A stretch of DNA of 63,387 nt, filler included, from Octopus bimaculoides (GCF_001194135.2; 8 parts of 7 records of this genome joined end to end with filler, not necessarily neighbours in it), one strand, 5' to 3'; counted from the whole stretch's first letter, positions 50,330-63,353 are shown. Numbers and translations are program-made. Notes: generated from the sequence alone by a model not told the origin.

Positions 50330-50530
50330 CCGCTGTTGTCGCCTTCACTGATATAAGTCACCCAATGCCCCTGCGGGTACATTATAGATTTTTATTGAAA
50401 TTCAGTTAGACTGGATGTTAGTGTCACATGTATGCAAAGTTTCATGAAATTGGTTCAGTGGTTTAGGCACTTAGTTGGTAACAGACAAACAGACAAACAG
50501 ACAGGCAGACAGAAATTGCCATTTATATAT
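50330..50530 (+). mobile_element. Possible non-autonomous Helitron/Helentron-type (DINE-1/Lep1-like) end
   Basis: GCAAAGTTTCATGAAATTGGTTCAGTGGTTTAGG...(ACAG)n...TTTATATAT resembles that family from memory. Confidence 0.4.
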
Positions 50531-50553
50531 ATGTATATATATATGTATATGTT

Positions 50554-50588
<35 letters not shown>

Positions 50589-50598
50589 NNNNNNNNNN

Positions 50599-50632
<34 letters not shown>

Positions 50633-51182
50633 TATGTATATGTATGCCCATCTACATGCGTGCGTATATCGGCTTACGCATATACACACGATCGCTTTAT
50701 TAAAGTCATCTCTTTCTTTTTTTTTTCTCTTTTTTTCCTCCTTTTTATTTTCTGTCTCCGTACTTATTTATAGTCGCTACATTGTCAAAATTGAAACGGT
50801 TTCTTTTTTCTTGTCGCCCTTCCTCCCCACCCACCCATCTAGTTCTCTTTGTTTTTTCTTGTTTTCTTTTCTTCTTTCTTCAACCAGCGACAGTAAATGC
50901 TGTGTGTTAGACGCGTATAATATATATATACGCGTGTGTATAAGCACACGCTTACGCATGGAGACGTATGTTTATATATGCGAATGTAAGTATTTAATGT
51001 GTATACGCAAATATATATGCATATGTTTGCCTATATCTGTTTGTGTGTATCTACTTTCGTGTGTGTTCGCGCATATATGAAAGTATATGTTTGGTTATAG
51101 TGTGTGTAAGCATATTTGTATTTGTATGAATACATGTATGCGTATGTATATATATGTATTTATGTATACGGATATTTGCGTC

Positions 51183-51215
<33 letters not shown>

Positions 51216-51885
51216 TTATATGTATGGGTTTCTGAATGTGAATGTGTGCACATATATATATATATATGTATGTATGTATGTATGCCTATCTATTTGTATG
51301 TATGCCTATGTGTATATATTTTTTGTATTTGTAGGTATGTATTCTTAAGTGTAGATATAAGTATCTTTATGTATATGTATGTATTTATGTATTTATGTGA
51401 ATACATGCACATGTATTTCGTATGTATTAGTATATAGTTATTTATTCGTGTATTTTTATGTGTATGTGTGTGTATGAGTTGCATATATAAAAAGAAACCC
51501 ATTACTGTTTTATTAATATCTATGAGCTTTCCGAACCCATAGGTTAAATTTTTTTAAAACAAACTAATATTTATATTAATTAATTATTCATTTATTTACC
51601 ATTAATTAATCTACTCTGGTCATGCATGATTTAGCTCTAAATTTCTTTTTGACACAAGATTTTTTCCCAACTCAAAATTTTCTTCGATTTTATACAACGC
51701 AATATTTATGTAATTTTATATTTTTTCTGTATTTTCTGTTTGTATATTTACTCTCTCAACTTGCATACTTCTGAAAGACCGTTAGTGGAAACAGTCAATC
51801 AAATTCAAATGTGTACCTGTCTATTGGGAATCGTATCAAAATGTACATTATACGTACAACCTTAATTTTTATTCCCTTCATCACT

Positions 51886-51926
51886 ACTGCCCGATGAACG
51901 GGAACGTGAAGCTCTGAGTAACAGTT
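51886..51926 (+). ncRNA. Degenerate hammerhead-like motif; a second one lies at 52115-52160
   Basis: ACTGC-CCGATGA..GAAGC-TCTGA-GTA-ACAGT (core mutated); CTGATGA..GAAAC-GTA at 52119-52155. Confidence 0.35.
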
Positions 51927-51960
51927 GTTTTTTGTGATTTCTTTGCAGCTTTAATAATAA

Positions 51961-51999
<39 letters not shown>

Positions 52000-52367
52000 N
52001 NNNNNNNNNNNNNNNNNNNNNNNNNNNNNNNNNNNNNNNNNNNNNNNNNNNNNNNNNNNNNNNNNNNNNNNNNNNNNNNNNNNNNNNNNNATTTGAAATG
52101 TTGTCTAGGTGAATGCAGCTGATGAGGACTAATCAGATTTACGTTGTGAAACGTATTTGAAAAGTCTGAAACCTGGGTACTGCATTATCCTTAATCTGGG
52201 TTGTTCATTTTCTAATGTTCTTCCTAAGGTAAGACAAGTTTTTCATGTTTTGTTGCACACACGCATTTTTGCCAGTATATACGCAGTGAAGCTATACAAT
52301 AGCGTCGTATTTATATCGATTGCTATTGTCCATTAAATATCGGTACCTTGTTGTACTACTCTTATGA

Positions 52368-52399
<32 letters not shown>

Positions 52400-52517
52400 G
52401 CATAAATACATTATATACACTCATAATTTATCCAATTATATCTTGTCTGACTGGCTAAATACATAAATGCTGCGCAAATTCTTATGAAGCTATACACCTT
52501 TGTGCCTATGTTTTTAG

Positions 52518-52608
52518 ATGAAAGTTATCTTTGACATACAAACGTATGAACTTGAATTGTTTGCTCCTCTACCGACTCAATCTATCCGGTTTATGATCAG
52601 CACCTGTG
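52518..52608 (+). CDS. Candidate 91-nt exon MKVIFDIQTYELELFAPLPTQSIRFMISTC(G)
   Basis: tatgtttttag| acceptor and GTG|GTAAGT donor; single open frame; no homology recognised. Confidence 0.3.
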
Positions 52609-53171
52609 GTAAGTTGTTAAGACAGCCAAGATTGTTTTTATTGCATGCTAACAGCGACTCATGTGCTCATACACATACACACACTGAGAAAAAACATACA
52701 CTCGAACACTCCCAACTCACTTGTCTCTCGTTTTATTGTCACTCATGTAATGCCGTCAGTCAGGACGACTGCACTTGCCACTTCTAACAGTTTTTTCTTC
52801 CTCGAGCCTTTCCCATTCGCTGGAATTCATTTCTTGCCTATGTTTTTACTGCAATCGTCAACTTGTAACTGTGAAAGGAGTGCATTAGCCGCATCGATCT
52901 CATCAATCTTAGTGAGTCTGTAGAGGTCATAGGCACTGCCCTCCCTCTAAGTTAAATCAATGAATAAAGGTGCTCCAACATTGATGAAAAAGCAAACTAA
53001 AAACACACACTCATAGATGAAGCAAGCACACATACATACATACATACATACATACATACATACATACATACATGCCGAATGTACCGCAGTTCCCGTGAAA
53101 GTTACAGTAACTGTCTGCTGCTTTCTGACGTTGTTTTGAGCTTGATCTTAGCCAGAATATTATCAGAAGTA

Positions 53172-53590
53172 TTAGGTTGTCAAGAAAGTTCTTGCGGCTT
53201 TTAATCTTTAAATTCAGATGCACATATCTCGGCTCAAACAATACTTTATTAATCAAAATAAACACCATCAGAATCAACACACTTTTGCCAACCCGAAACA
53301 AGTTTATTTATGCTAGTAGCGTAAAAATCCTGCGTTCTGGTGGTGATGAAGTCGTTCAAGGCGTGTTTGGCATCGTTTTGGTTTTTGAAGCATTTCTCAC
53401 GCAGGAAGTTGTCGAGATGCTTGAAAAAGTGATAGTCGGTAGGCGAAAGGTCTTTCGTAGCCCAATTCGTTCAACTTCTGCAGGGTCAGTTGTGCGACGT
53501 GCGGCCGAGCGTTGTCGTGGAGAAGAATTGGTCTTTTTCTATTGACCAATGCTTGCTGTTGTTGTCGGAGTTTTTTATGCATTTCATCCA
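53172..53590 (-). mobile_element. Second mariner lineage, 3' end with TIR TTAGGTTGTCAAGAAAGTTCTTGCGGCTTT
   Basis: PILLHDNARPHVA..SPTDYHFFKHLDNFL..GWQKCVDSDGVYFD*; TA at 53170-71; the rest lies in a gap. Confidence 0.92.
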
Positions 53591-54419
53591 NNNNNNNNNN
53601 NNNNNNNNNNNNNNNNNNNNNNNNNNNNNNNNNNNNNNNNNNNNNNNNNNNNNNNNNNNNNNNNNNNNNNNNNNNNNNNNNNNNNNNNNNNNNNNNNNNN
53701 NNNNNNNNNNNNNNNNNNNNNNNNNNNNNNNNNNNNNNNNNNNNNNNNNNNNNNNNNNNNNNNNNNNNNNNNNNNNNNNNNNNNNNNNNNNNNNNNNNNN
53801 NNNNNNNNNNNNNNNNNNNNNNNNNNNNNNNNNNNNNNNNNNNNNNNNNNNNNNNNNNNNNNNNNNNNNNNNNNNNNNNNNNNNNNNNNNNNNNNNNNNN
53901 NNNNNNNNNNNNNNNNNNNNNNNNNNNNNNNNNNNNNNNNNNNNNNNNNNNNNNNNNNNNNNNNNNNNNNNNNNNNNNNNNNNNNNNNNNNNNNNNNNNN
54001 NNNNNNNNNNNNNNNNNNNNNNNNNNNNNNNNNNNNNNNNNNNNNNNNNNNNNNNNNNNNNNNNNNNNNNNNNNNNNNNNNNNNNNNNNNNNNNNNNNNN
54101 NNNNNNNNNNNNNNNNNNNNNNNNNNNNNNNNNNNNNNNNNNNNNNNNNNNNNNNNNNNNNNNNNNNNNNNNNNNNNNNNNNNNNNNNNNNNNNNNNNNN
54201 NNNNNNNNNNNNNNNNNNNNNNNNNNNNNNNNNNNNNNNNNNNNNNNNNNNNNNNNNNNNNNNNNNNNNNNNNNNNNNNNNNNNNNNNNNNNNNNNNNNN
54301 NNNNNNNNNNNNNNNNNNNNNNNNNNNNNNNNNNNNNNNNNNNNNNNNNNNNNNNNNNNNNNNNNNNNNNNNNNNNNNNNNNNNNNNNNNNNNNNNNNNN
54401 NNNNNNNNNNNNTTATAAA

Positions 54420-55178
54420 CAATAGATGAGCATATCAAAAATGAACCTACATGCATCCAGATGTAGCTAAATAGTATATAGATTACCAACCTCCAGCCTG
54501 TTGTTAATTTGGGGTCCTAGTCTGTGTATGAGTATGGCTTCCTTTATTCTCAAATTACCCAAATTTCTTTCATTGGCCTCAATTGTGACTGTTATGCTTT
54601 TGTCAGTGTTCTGGCATTTGTCTAGATGTTTTCTGAAGGAGGAGGCTCTCGTGTTCAGATGTTCTTTGATGCGAATGTGTAACGGTCTTGTTATGCTACC
54701 CACATAGAACTTGTTGCATTTGTTACATTGTATTCTTTACACAACATTTACCTGTTGACATAAATCTGTGTCACGGATGGGACAATTTGTTAATGTACAT
54801 TGATTGTTGTCCCTTATTCGTTTCTTTGCGAGGTGTTCTGTCAGAGAGGGGCCGGAGTGGGCTAGTTGTATGTCTAGCTTTTCTCTTCTTATGGCTCTTC
54901 GGATGGCTGTAGTTATCCTCTCGCTAAAATGGGGGTATTTTAAGGAAGCATGTGTTGCTGGGTTTTCTATGTGTTCGACGTGCTGGTCGTCTTGGGTACT
55001 TAAGCCGATTTACAATGGATCTAGGATACCCGTTGGTTTTCAATATATCTAGGAAGCGCATAGTCTGGGTCACCTTGTCCTCCGTTCTGCTGCACGTGCC
55101 TTGGATGCATGCAAGTTCATTTCTGGCGCTTCCTACTTTGGTACCGAGTGGAAGTGCTGAATTGTATTGGACAAACAT
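54420..55178 (-). mobile_element. Penelope-like element 3' part (RT thumb plus GIY-YIG endonuclease)
   Basis: YNSALP..LKTNGYPRSIV..IQCNKCNKFYVGSITRPLHIRIKEH..LRIKEAILI..PQIN. Confidence 0.88.
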
Positions 55179-56013
55179 ATCTTTACTGGAGAGCTAGAAC
55201 TTCTCAACCTGGGCCCTAAATTTATCGTGAGCCAACAGCCGAATGAAAAAATCTTATTCGACCTGGAAGCCAACTTTTGTAGAACAGCATACCAACTCAA
55301 ATGGCTATCGGTAATAAAGAAGAAGAACAACACACCCGGCAAATTTCCCACGTACCAATTAGACCACCCATTCCACCCACCCCCAACCAAACAAAAACTC
55401 AACCACAAACTATCCAGATTGAAAAAGTCTATCTCCAACATCTTAAGGAAGGAATCGAAAATAACTCCAAGCTTAACCAAGGCGCAACATAAAACACTGA
55501 CTAAACCAAAAAATAAAAACCTTGTATACTTACTACCAGATAAAGGAAAAAAAAATCTGCGTGACTGGCACAAGAATATTTAAGCAATGAAAGGCTATAT
55601 TCTGAAGTGACAGATATAACTGCGATCAAGATTGAGGACCGAATTAACACCGCATGGACGGACATCTGTAGACGGACATCTGTAGACGGAGACAAATACA
55701 TAATAAATTCAAGAACAACTTCATCACAAAGAACAGTAGATTACCAGGATTTTATCACCTCATTAAAACACACAAGAATAGCAACACGATCCAGATTAGA
55801 CCCGTCGTCTCCAGTGTGGAAGGACCTCTATATAAAATATCCTGGTTACTTTCTCACATCCTGAAACCCATACTCTCCACCTTTCCGGGACATGTCAAGA
55901 ACTTCGACGAAGTCATCAAAAGACTGCGCCAATTACCCCTAAACCAACTCAGGCAAAACAGATACGCCTTTTGTCTTGACGTTGTCTCAATGTACACAAC
56001 GATGCCAGCTCAC
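55167..56013 (+). mobile_element. Penelope-like element 5' part (N-terminal RT), inverted relative to the 3' part
   Basis: LELLNLGPKF..LLPDKG..YKISWLLSHILKPIL..HVKNF..CLDVVSMYT. Confidence 0.85.
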
Positions 56014-56113
56014 NNNNNNNNNNNNNNNNNNNNNNNNNNNNNNNNNNNNNNNNNNNNTTAATTAATTAANNNNNNNNNNNNNNNNNNNNNNNNNNNNNNN
56101 NNNNNNNNNNNNN

Positions 56114-56600
56114 CTGGAAAATGCCGAGGATTCCTGGGAAGTCCCGAATTTGAACTACTGCCTGGGAAGTTCCGCAGATGGTACTTTCTGGAAAATTTCA
56201 AAGATGAGCTACTTCCTGGATAGTTCCGGGGAGTTGGCAAATTACTTCATGCAATGTTTCAAGGAGAGTGATTACATCCTCGAATGTTCCGAGGAGGGCT
56301 GAAAATTATTTCCTGGAGAGTTCCGAGGTGGGAGGGTTCATTTCTTCCTGGAAAGTTCCACCGATTTCGAGGAGGGGAGGAATTACTTCTTGTAAAGTTT
56401 CATGGATGGGATGAAATTACTTCCTGGAAAGTTCCCAGCAGGTTGAGAAAGGGGAGGAGTTACTACCTGGAATGTTCCAAGAAGGGGGATGAATGGGAGG
56501 AATTACTTCCTGGAAAGATCCTAGGAAGGGGAGGAAGTGGAGGAATTACTTCCTAGAAAGATCCGACGAGGGGAGGAATTACTTCCTGGAAAGTTCTGAT
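56114..56600. repeat. Degenerate minisatellite, about 14 units, core ATTACTTCCTGGAAAGTTCC with G-rich variable linkers
   Basis: Exact TTCCTGGAA at 56345, 56421, 56507 and 56583; TTCCTAGAA near 56540. Confidence 0.85.
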
Positions 56601-57556
56601 GAGGAGCGCCCATCATGCTGCTGCGGAATTTGGATGTTCCATTAATGTGTAACGGCACGTGCTTGATAATCGAAATTTATACTCCTGAGTTTTACAAGCA
56701 ACTTTCTTGAATGGACCGGCCGCTGGTCAAGATGTTCTTATAACTCCAATGTCCCTCCCTCCCTCCCTCCGATAAATCGATAAGTTTAAGCGGTTTCAAT
56801 TTCCTGTCAGACTCTCCTTTGCAATGGCAATAAATAAGGCACGGGGTCAATCATTGCAAATGGTTGTTTTAAATCTCACAGAGCAAGTGTTCTTCCACGG
56901 TCAACCTTTGCGTTCGATGCACCCGTGTTGGCAGGCCACAAATGTATACATTTGTGCATCAGAAGGGAGAACGAGAAACTTTGCCTACAAAGTAGCGCTC
57001 CACTGAAAAGACGGCCTTTCTTCACATCTTCCAAATCACTCCAGTCACCTGCCGCCTCAAAAGCTTCGTACTTGCGTGCCAGCCAACGTAAGTCAATGAC
57101 ACACAACTCCACTCATTCAATCTATCTCCATTTCTCACCCTCTTTCTCTCTCACATACACACACACACGCACACACACACATGCACGTCTATTTCATATA
57201 TCTTTTAATTTCCGCTCTTTGCAAATGAAATTTTTACGGATACAACTGCTTACAAAAATTGGGATTAATGTATAATTTCTTTCTATATTCATAATTAAAT
57301 AAATGTTTTAATGATTATACTGACGTCCAATAGAATAGCTCTCAGAAACAGACTACGTACAAATTCTTTCTTCACAACTCCTGAAGCCATTTTCTGACAG
57401 AAGGTTGATAAAATCTACAAGCAACTAGAGGGTCCAATCAAAACAGGAGACCCGAAATGATAAGGTTGAGAAACGTTGTCATAGATTATGCCTAACCGAA
57501 AACGATCACAGCCACATTATCCAAACAGGCCGGGTGAAACCGGGTTTAGCTGCTAA
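56600..57556 (+). mobile_element. Helitron 3' part: PIF1-type helicase C-terminus (to 57006) and putative 3' terminus
   Basis: GAPIMLLRNLD..CNGT..FPVRLSFAMAINKARGQSL..VFFHGQ; GC-rich CCGGGTGAAACCGGG followed by CTAAT (degenerate CTAGT) at ~57530-57557. Confidence 0.8.
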
Positions 57557-58600
57557 TGTATATATATATATGTATATATATATATACATACACACANNNN
57601 NNNNNNNNNNNNNNNNNNNNNNNNNNNNNNNNNNNNNNNNNNNNNNNNNNNNNNNNNNNNNNNNNNNNNNNNNNNNNNNNNNNNNNNNNNNNNNNNNNNN
57701 NNNNNNNNNNNNNNNNNNNNNNNNNNNNNNNNNNNNNNNNNNNNNNNNNNNNNNNNNNNNNNNNNNNNNNNNNNNNNNNNNNNNNNNNNNNNNNNNNNNN
57801 NNNNNNNNNNNNNNNNNNNNNNNNNNNNNNNNNNNNNNNNNNNNNNNNNNNNNNNNNNNNNNNNNNNNNNNNNNNNNNNNNNNNNNNNNNNNNNNNNNNN
57901 NNNNNNNNNNNNNNNNNNNNNNNNNNNNNNNNNNNNNNNNNNNNNNNNNNNNNNNNNNNNNNNNNNNNNNNNNNNNNNNNNNNNNNNNNNNNNNNNNNNN
58001 NNNNNNNNNNNNNNNNNNNNNNNNNNNNNNNNNNNNNNNNNNNNNNNNNNNNNNNNNNNNNNNNNNNNNNNNNNNNNNNNNNNNNNNNNNNNNNNNNNNN
58101 NNNNNNNNNNNNNNNNNNNNNNNNNNNNNNNNNNNNNNNNNNNNNNNNNNNNNNNNNNNNNNNNNNNNNNNNNNNNNNNNNNNNNNNNNNNNNNNNNNNN
58201 NNNNNNNNNNNNNNNNNNNNNNNNNNNNNNNNNNNNNNNNNNNNNNNNNNNNNNNNNNNNNNNNNNNNNNNNNNNNNNNNNNNNNNNNNNNNNNNNNNNN
58301 NNNNNNNNNNNNNNNNNNNNNNNNNNNNNNNNNNNNNNNNNNNNNNNNNNNNNNNNNNNNNNNNNNNNNNNNNNNNNNNNNNNNNNNNNNNNNNNNNNNN
58401 NNNNNNNNNNNNNNNNNNNNNNNNNNNNNNNNNNNNNNNNNNNNNNNNNNNNNNNNNNNNNNNNNNNNNNNNNNNNNNNNNNNNNNNNNNNNNNNNNNNN
58501 NNNNNNNNNNNNNNNNNNNNNNNNNNNNNNNNNNNNNNNNNNNNNNNNNNNNNNNNNNNNNNNNNNNNNNNNNNNNNNNNNNNNNNNNNNNNNNNATATA

Positions 58601-58634
<34 letters not shown>

Positions 58635-58639
58635 CTTAT

Positions 58640-58716
58640 ATATGACGAGCTTCTTTCAGTTTCCGTCTAGTAAATCCACTTACAAGACTTTGGTCGGCCC
58701 GAGGCTATAGTAGAAG
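58640..58716 (-). mobile_element. SINE family A fragment
   Basis: CTTCTTTCAGTTTCCGTCTAGTAAATCCACT..GGTCGGCCCGAGGCTATAGTAGAAG. Confidence 0.7.
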
Positions 58717-59657
58717 GTGATAAGTGTTAATATAGACCTAAGGCTGTAAATGCGATAACCAAAAATACCCCATATATGTGGTCTTCCTTCAAGGGTATGT
58801 AATTTTTTTAACAGGTGTGGGGGGAAAAATAAAGGCATGAGGAGAAAAAACGAAAAAGGGGTTGTGAGAAGAAAATATATGCGAGGTGGGAGAAAAAAAA
58901 ACCAAAGCAAAAAGGAACATGGGACAATAGGGAGAAAATGGGGTGACAGGGAGAGAAGAAACGAGAGGAGAAAAGAAAGGGAGGGAGAAGAATACAAAGT
59001 AATAGGTGCAGATTAGAGAAGACAGATTAGGAACATCCAGAATACGAAGAGACGGTAGGTGAAGGAAAGTAAAGGTAAAAAAAAGATGATAAAGGAGGTT
59101 TACAAAAGTGGAAAAGTTCAAAAGTTCAAAAGTTTTTTAGACGTCGTGGTATATTGAAGCGATTTCCAACCAGAAGATGGGTCCAGTGTAATCCGTGGGT
59201 AGGAGAGGTACAGCCGGAGGGTATAAAGTTCNNNNNNNNNNNNNNNNNNNNNNNNNNNNNNNNNNNNNNNNNNNNTTAATTAATTAANNNNNNNNNNNNN
59301 NNNNNNNNNNNNNNNNNNNNNNNNNNNNNNNATATATATATATATATACACGAATTTTATATTCCTGGGAGACTAACATGTATATACAAAAACTAAAATA
59401 CGGAAGTAGCAAATGCTGCAAATCACACTAAATGAGGCAATAAACAACAACAATAATAACAAAACTCCGTACTTGAAGCTGAAATCACAGCTGCCCAAAT
59501 TGAAATAAGGAGGGAATGAGGCAGTTAATGAAATCTCAGTATGCTACTTGAAAAATGCTTTCATTCGCTCGAACCAGCTTATCCTTCTCTCCCCACCTCT
59601 TTTCCTCCCTCATCCTATGTATGTGTGTGTATGTATGTGTGTATGCATGCATGTATG

Positions 59658-59688
<31 letters not shown>

Positions 59689-60185
59689 TAATACAAATGA
59701 TATAAGAGCATATGCATGTATACATACATATATGTACATACCTACATCTATATGTATATATAGATGCATATCCGGGTACAGGACGTCAGAAAGGAACTAT
59801 GTATGTATGTTCACACACACACACACACACAAACGCGCGCGCGCGCACACACACACACACACTGCCGTTTCTGTATTTCGGAGTTTTAACAGCGAAATTA
59901 CTTTCAGCAAGACTAAATATATTTTCATATAATTTCAGATAATTCCATAATTTCCTTTAATTTCATGCAATCCTATAGAATTAATTAACTTTGCCGCGTG
60001 GTTTATGACTTAATTATTGACATTTGTAGAGTTAATTTCCATTGATACAATTGATGTAGCTAGTAAAGATAATGTGTAAAAGGGATGGTTTTGGATGGTT
60101 CTGGGAGTAAGTGCGGATCTTAATTCTTTGAATTCTTTCAAAATAGAATATCTATGCATGCGTGAACATTTGAGTAAATAGATAT

Positions 60186-60216
<31 letters not shown>

Positions 60217-60326
60217 AGTATAAGTGTATGGGCGTGTGTGCATATATGTCTGTATGCGTGTGTGTGACTGCATGTATGTATATGTATGCGATTGTATATG
60301 GATACATACATACATACATACGTATG

Positions 60327-60364
<38 letters not shown>

Positions 60365-61259
60365 NNNNNNNNNNNNNNNNNNNNNNNNNNNNNNNNNNNN
60401 NNNNNNNNNNNNNNNNNNNNNNNNNNNNNNNNNNNNNNNNNNNNNNNNATATATTTATATATTTATATATATATATATATATCGATATATGTATGCGTGA
60501 ATATGTTGTATTTGCGTATGCAGATGTTCATACATTCATGAGTATATGATTTATACATGTGTGTGTGTATCTCTCAATATATATATCTATCTATCTGTCT
60601 ATCTATCAACCTTGATAGATAGATAGATGCACACGCATACACATATATAAATACACATACATACATACATACATACATACATAAGCATACATATATGCAT
60701 GCATACATAAATATATGTATACATGAGTTGATGGTTTAGATGTGATTGTTCGTGTGTGTGTGTGTGCGTGCACAAATATATATATATATATATTTATATA
60801 CGTGTGTACATTCATATGTATATATGCATGTATACAAGCGTTGTATACACCCATACATACACATCCATGCATTCTGTATGAAGGCATGTACGTATGCATT
60901 ATCCATGAATGTATTATGTAGGCGTACAGTTATGTAACAACCCATGCTTGTATGTCCACATGCACGCAAGTGTTATGTATCAAAGCTATCCTATTTATTT
61001 ACTGTGTGCTTATGCATACGTTATATATACATTTACGTGTGTTTATATACTGGAGTAAACATTTAAAGATAAGAAATCAAGTTCAAATGCAAAATTTATC
61101 AATTATAGATAACTCGTCTGTGTGTGTGGAGGGGAGGGTAAGTGTGTGTGTGATTAAAGCGCGAACTTGTGGAGCAGACGAAAACAAGGAAAGGAGGAGG
61201 GAGGGAGAGGAGGAGACGAAAAAGAGCTAGAAGAAGAGGGAGAAGAGGAGGAGGGGAGG

Positions 61260-61519
61260 AGAGGGAGAAGAAGAAGAAGAAGAAAGAAGAAGAAGAAAAA
61301 TGAAGAAAAAGAAGGAGAAAAATAATAATAAGAAGAAGAAGAAGAAGAAAAGAAAAATGAAGAAAAAGAAGAAGAAGAGGGAGAAGAAGAAGAAGAAGAA
61401 GAAGAAGAAGAAGAAGAAGAAGAAGAAGAAGAAGAAGAAGAAGGAAAAGAAAAAGAAGAACAAGTTGGGTGGGAAGGATAAGTCGATTACATCAACCCCA
61501 GTGTTCAACTGGTACTTAA
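61260..61519. repeat. (GAA)n purine tract followed by a SINE family B tail fragment (61465-61519)
   Basis: Direct reading of the sequence. Confidence 0.85.
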
Positions 61520-61619
61520 NNNNNNNNNNNNNNNNNNNNNNNNNNNNNNNNNNNNNNNNNNNNTTAATTAATTAANNNNNNNNNNNNNNNNNNNNNNNNN
61601 NNNNNNNNNNNNNNNNNNN

Positions 61620-61662
<43 letters not shown>

Positions 61663-62017
61663 GCATACGTACGCTTGTATATGTATGTATGTATGTATGT
61701 ATCTAACTCTCTGTCTGTCTCCACTAGTCTCTCTTTCTCGCTTTCACACTCTCTTTATACTTACTTACATATATATATATATAGCTTATATAATAAAAAA
61801 TAGACATGCACACACTCATACACACACATATATATGTATATAAATATATACATACATGCACACACACGCACGCACTCATATATATGTATGTAAATATATG
61901 TACACACACACACACACNNNNNNNNNNNNNNNNNNNNNNNNNNNNNNNNNNNNNNNNNNNNNNNNNNNNNNNNNNNNNNNNNNNNNNNNNNNNNNNNNNN
62001 NNNNNNNNNNNNNNNNN

Positions 62018-62091
62018 GCCTGGAACAGCATCACATTTTCAGCCTACAAACACAAATTCCATTCGGACTCAACACAACCCCCTCCTCTTAA
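62018..62091 (+). mobile_element. Penelope-like GIY-YIG extreme C-terminus
   Basis: LEQHHIFSLQTQIPFGLN* matches the xEQxxIFxLxTxxPxGLN terminal motif. Confidence 0.55.
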
Positions 62092-63353
62092 CGACTGTCT
62101 CTACAAACTCCTTAAAAGAAGCAACTTTTTATTTTGTTTTATTATTTTATTTTAGTTCATCTTATTTTATCCTCCTTTATACCCACTTACTTATTTACAC
62201 TTTTACCCCTTCTCGATTTTTTATCAACTTGTTATCATTTTCTTTCCGTCGTATTGTTTAACTTCTTGTGTTATTTTTTATAATTGTATTAATTTCTATT
62301 TTATCCCTGTAATTTTTATTATTTCATTTCTTATTTTTTATCTTGCATCAGTTAATTTTTGAAAAAGTTTTCTACATTTTGTACTCCTCATCCACTTTTT
62401 TTATCAATCTTATTTTATATTTCATTTTATTTCTATATACACGCACACGTACATACACATACGTACACATATACACACACAGGAAAAAATACAAGCATTC
62501 GTGCACTTACATGAACGTACATACTTCCCACACACACCACACACATCCATACAACACACATGCATGCACATACATAAACGCACATACATCCACATACACA
62601 CATACGCACACGCACTTAGCACACACACACGCGCATACACGCGCACACACATGCACACACATACGCAAATACACATACACGCATACATACACACATACCA
62701 CACCACACACACATACATACACACACGTACATATATACGCACGTGCACACATCAATGCACATATACCTCACATATACCTCCCGCACACACCACACACACA
62801 CACAACACGCACACACATGCACACAACACACATATGCATGCAAGCACACACACGTGCACAAATGCACACACATATACACACACAGAAATTCACACATACA
62901 ACCCCACGTACACACACACACGCACATACACACACACACGCACGCACGCACGCGCAAGCACGGACACAGGAACGCACATATACTTCATACACAACTCCAC
63001 ACACAACCCCACGCGCACACGCATACACACGCACACACATACACAAACATAAACAAACGGACACACACAGTACAGAGGAGATATACAACCAACTAAACGA
63101 AATAGTTGGTTGTATGTCTCCAATGTCCTGTTTTTGTTACCAACTTTGACCTACGCAAATACCAAATTTTATTTTCGTTCGCGGGAGCAACTGTGTTTCG
63201 ATGACACATATTTGCTCGAAAAGTGGAATAGAAAAAGAGTCGACAACTGATGAAGGGTCGTTCTTTATGTTACTTGTCTTTTTTTTCCCATTTGTTTCTC
63301 TCGTCCTTCGTATTTCATGGTGTTTACGTTTTGTGACATCTTGTACCCATATA

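Noticed and set aside
56114-56600. CRISPR-like look (conserved core with variable spacers); also the 19-bp array at 34357
   Set aside because: Eukaryotic context, degenerate cores, mutually similar G-rich or absent spacers, and no cas genes.
61300-61575. Poly-Lys ORF
   Set aside because: Translation of the (GAA)n tract.
63247-63300. CTGATGAAG as another hammerhead core (also CTGATGA..GAAAG at 24105-24130)
   Set aside because: No correctly placed GAAAC, stem III or cleavage triplet.
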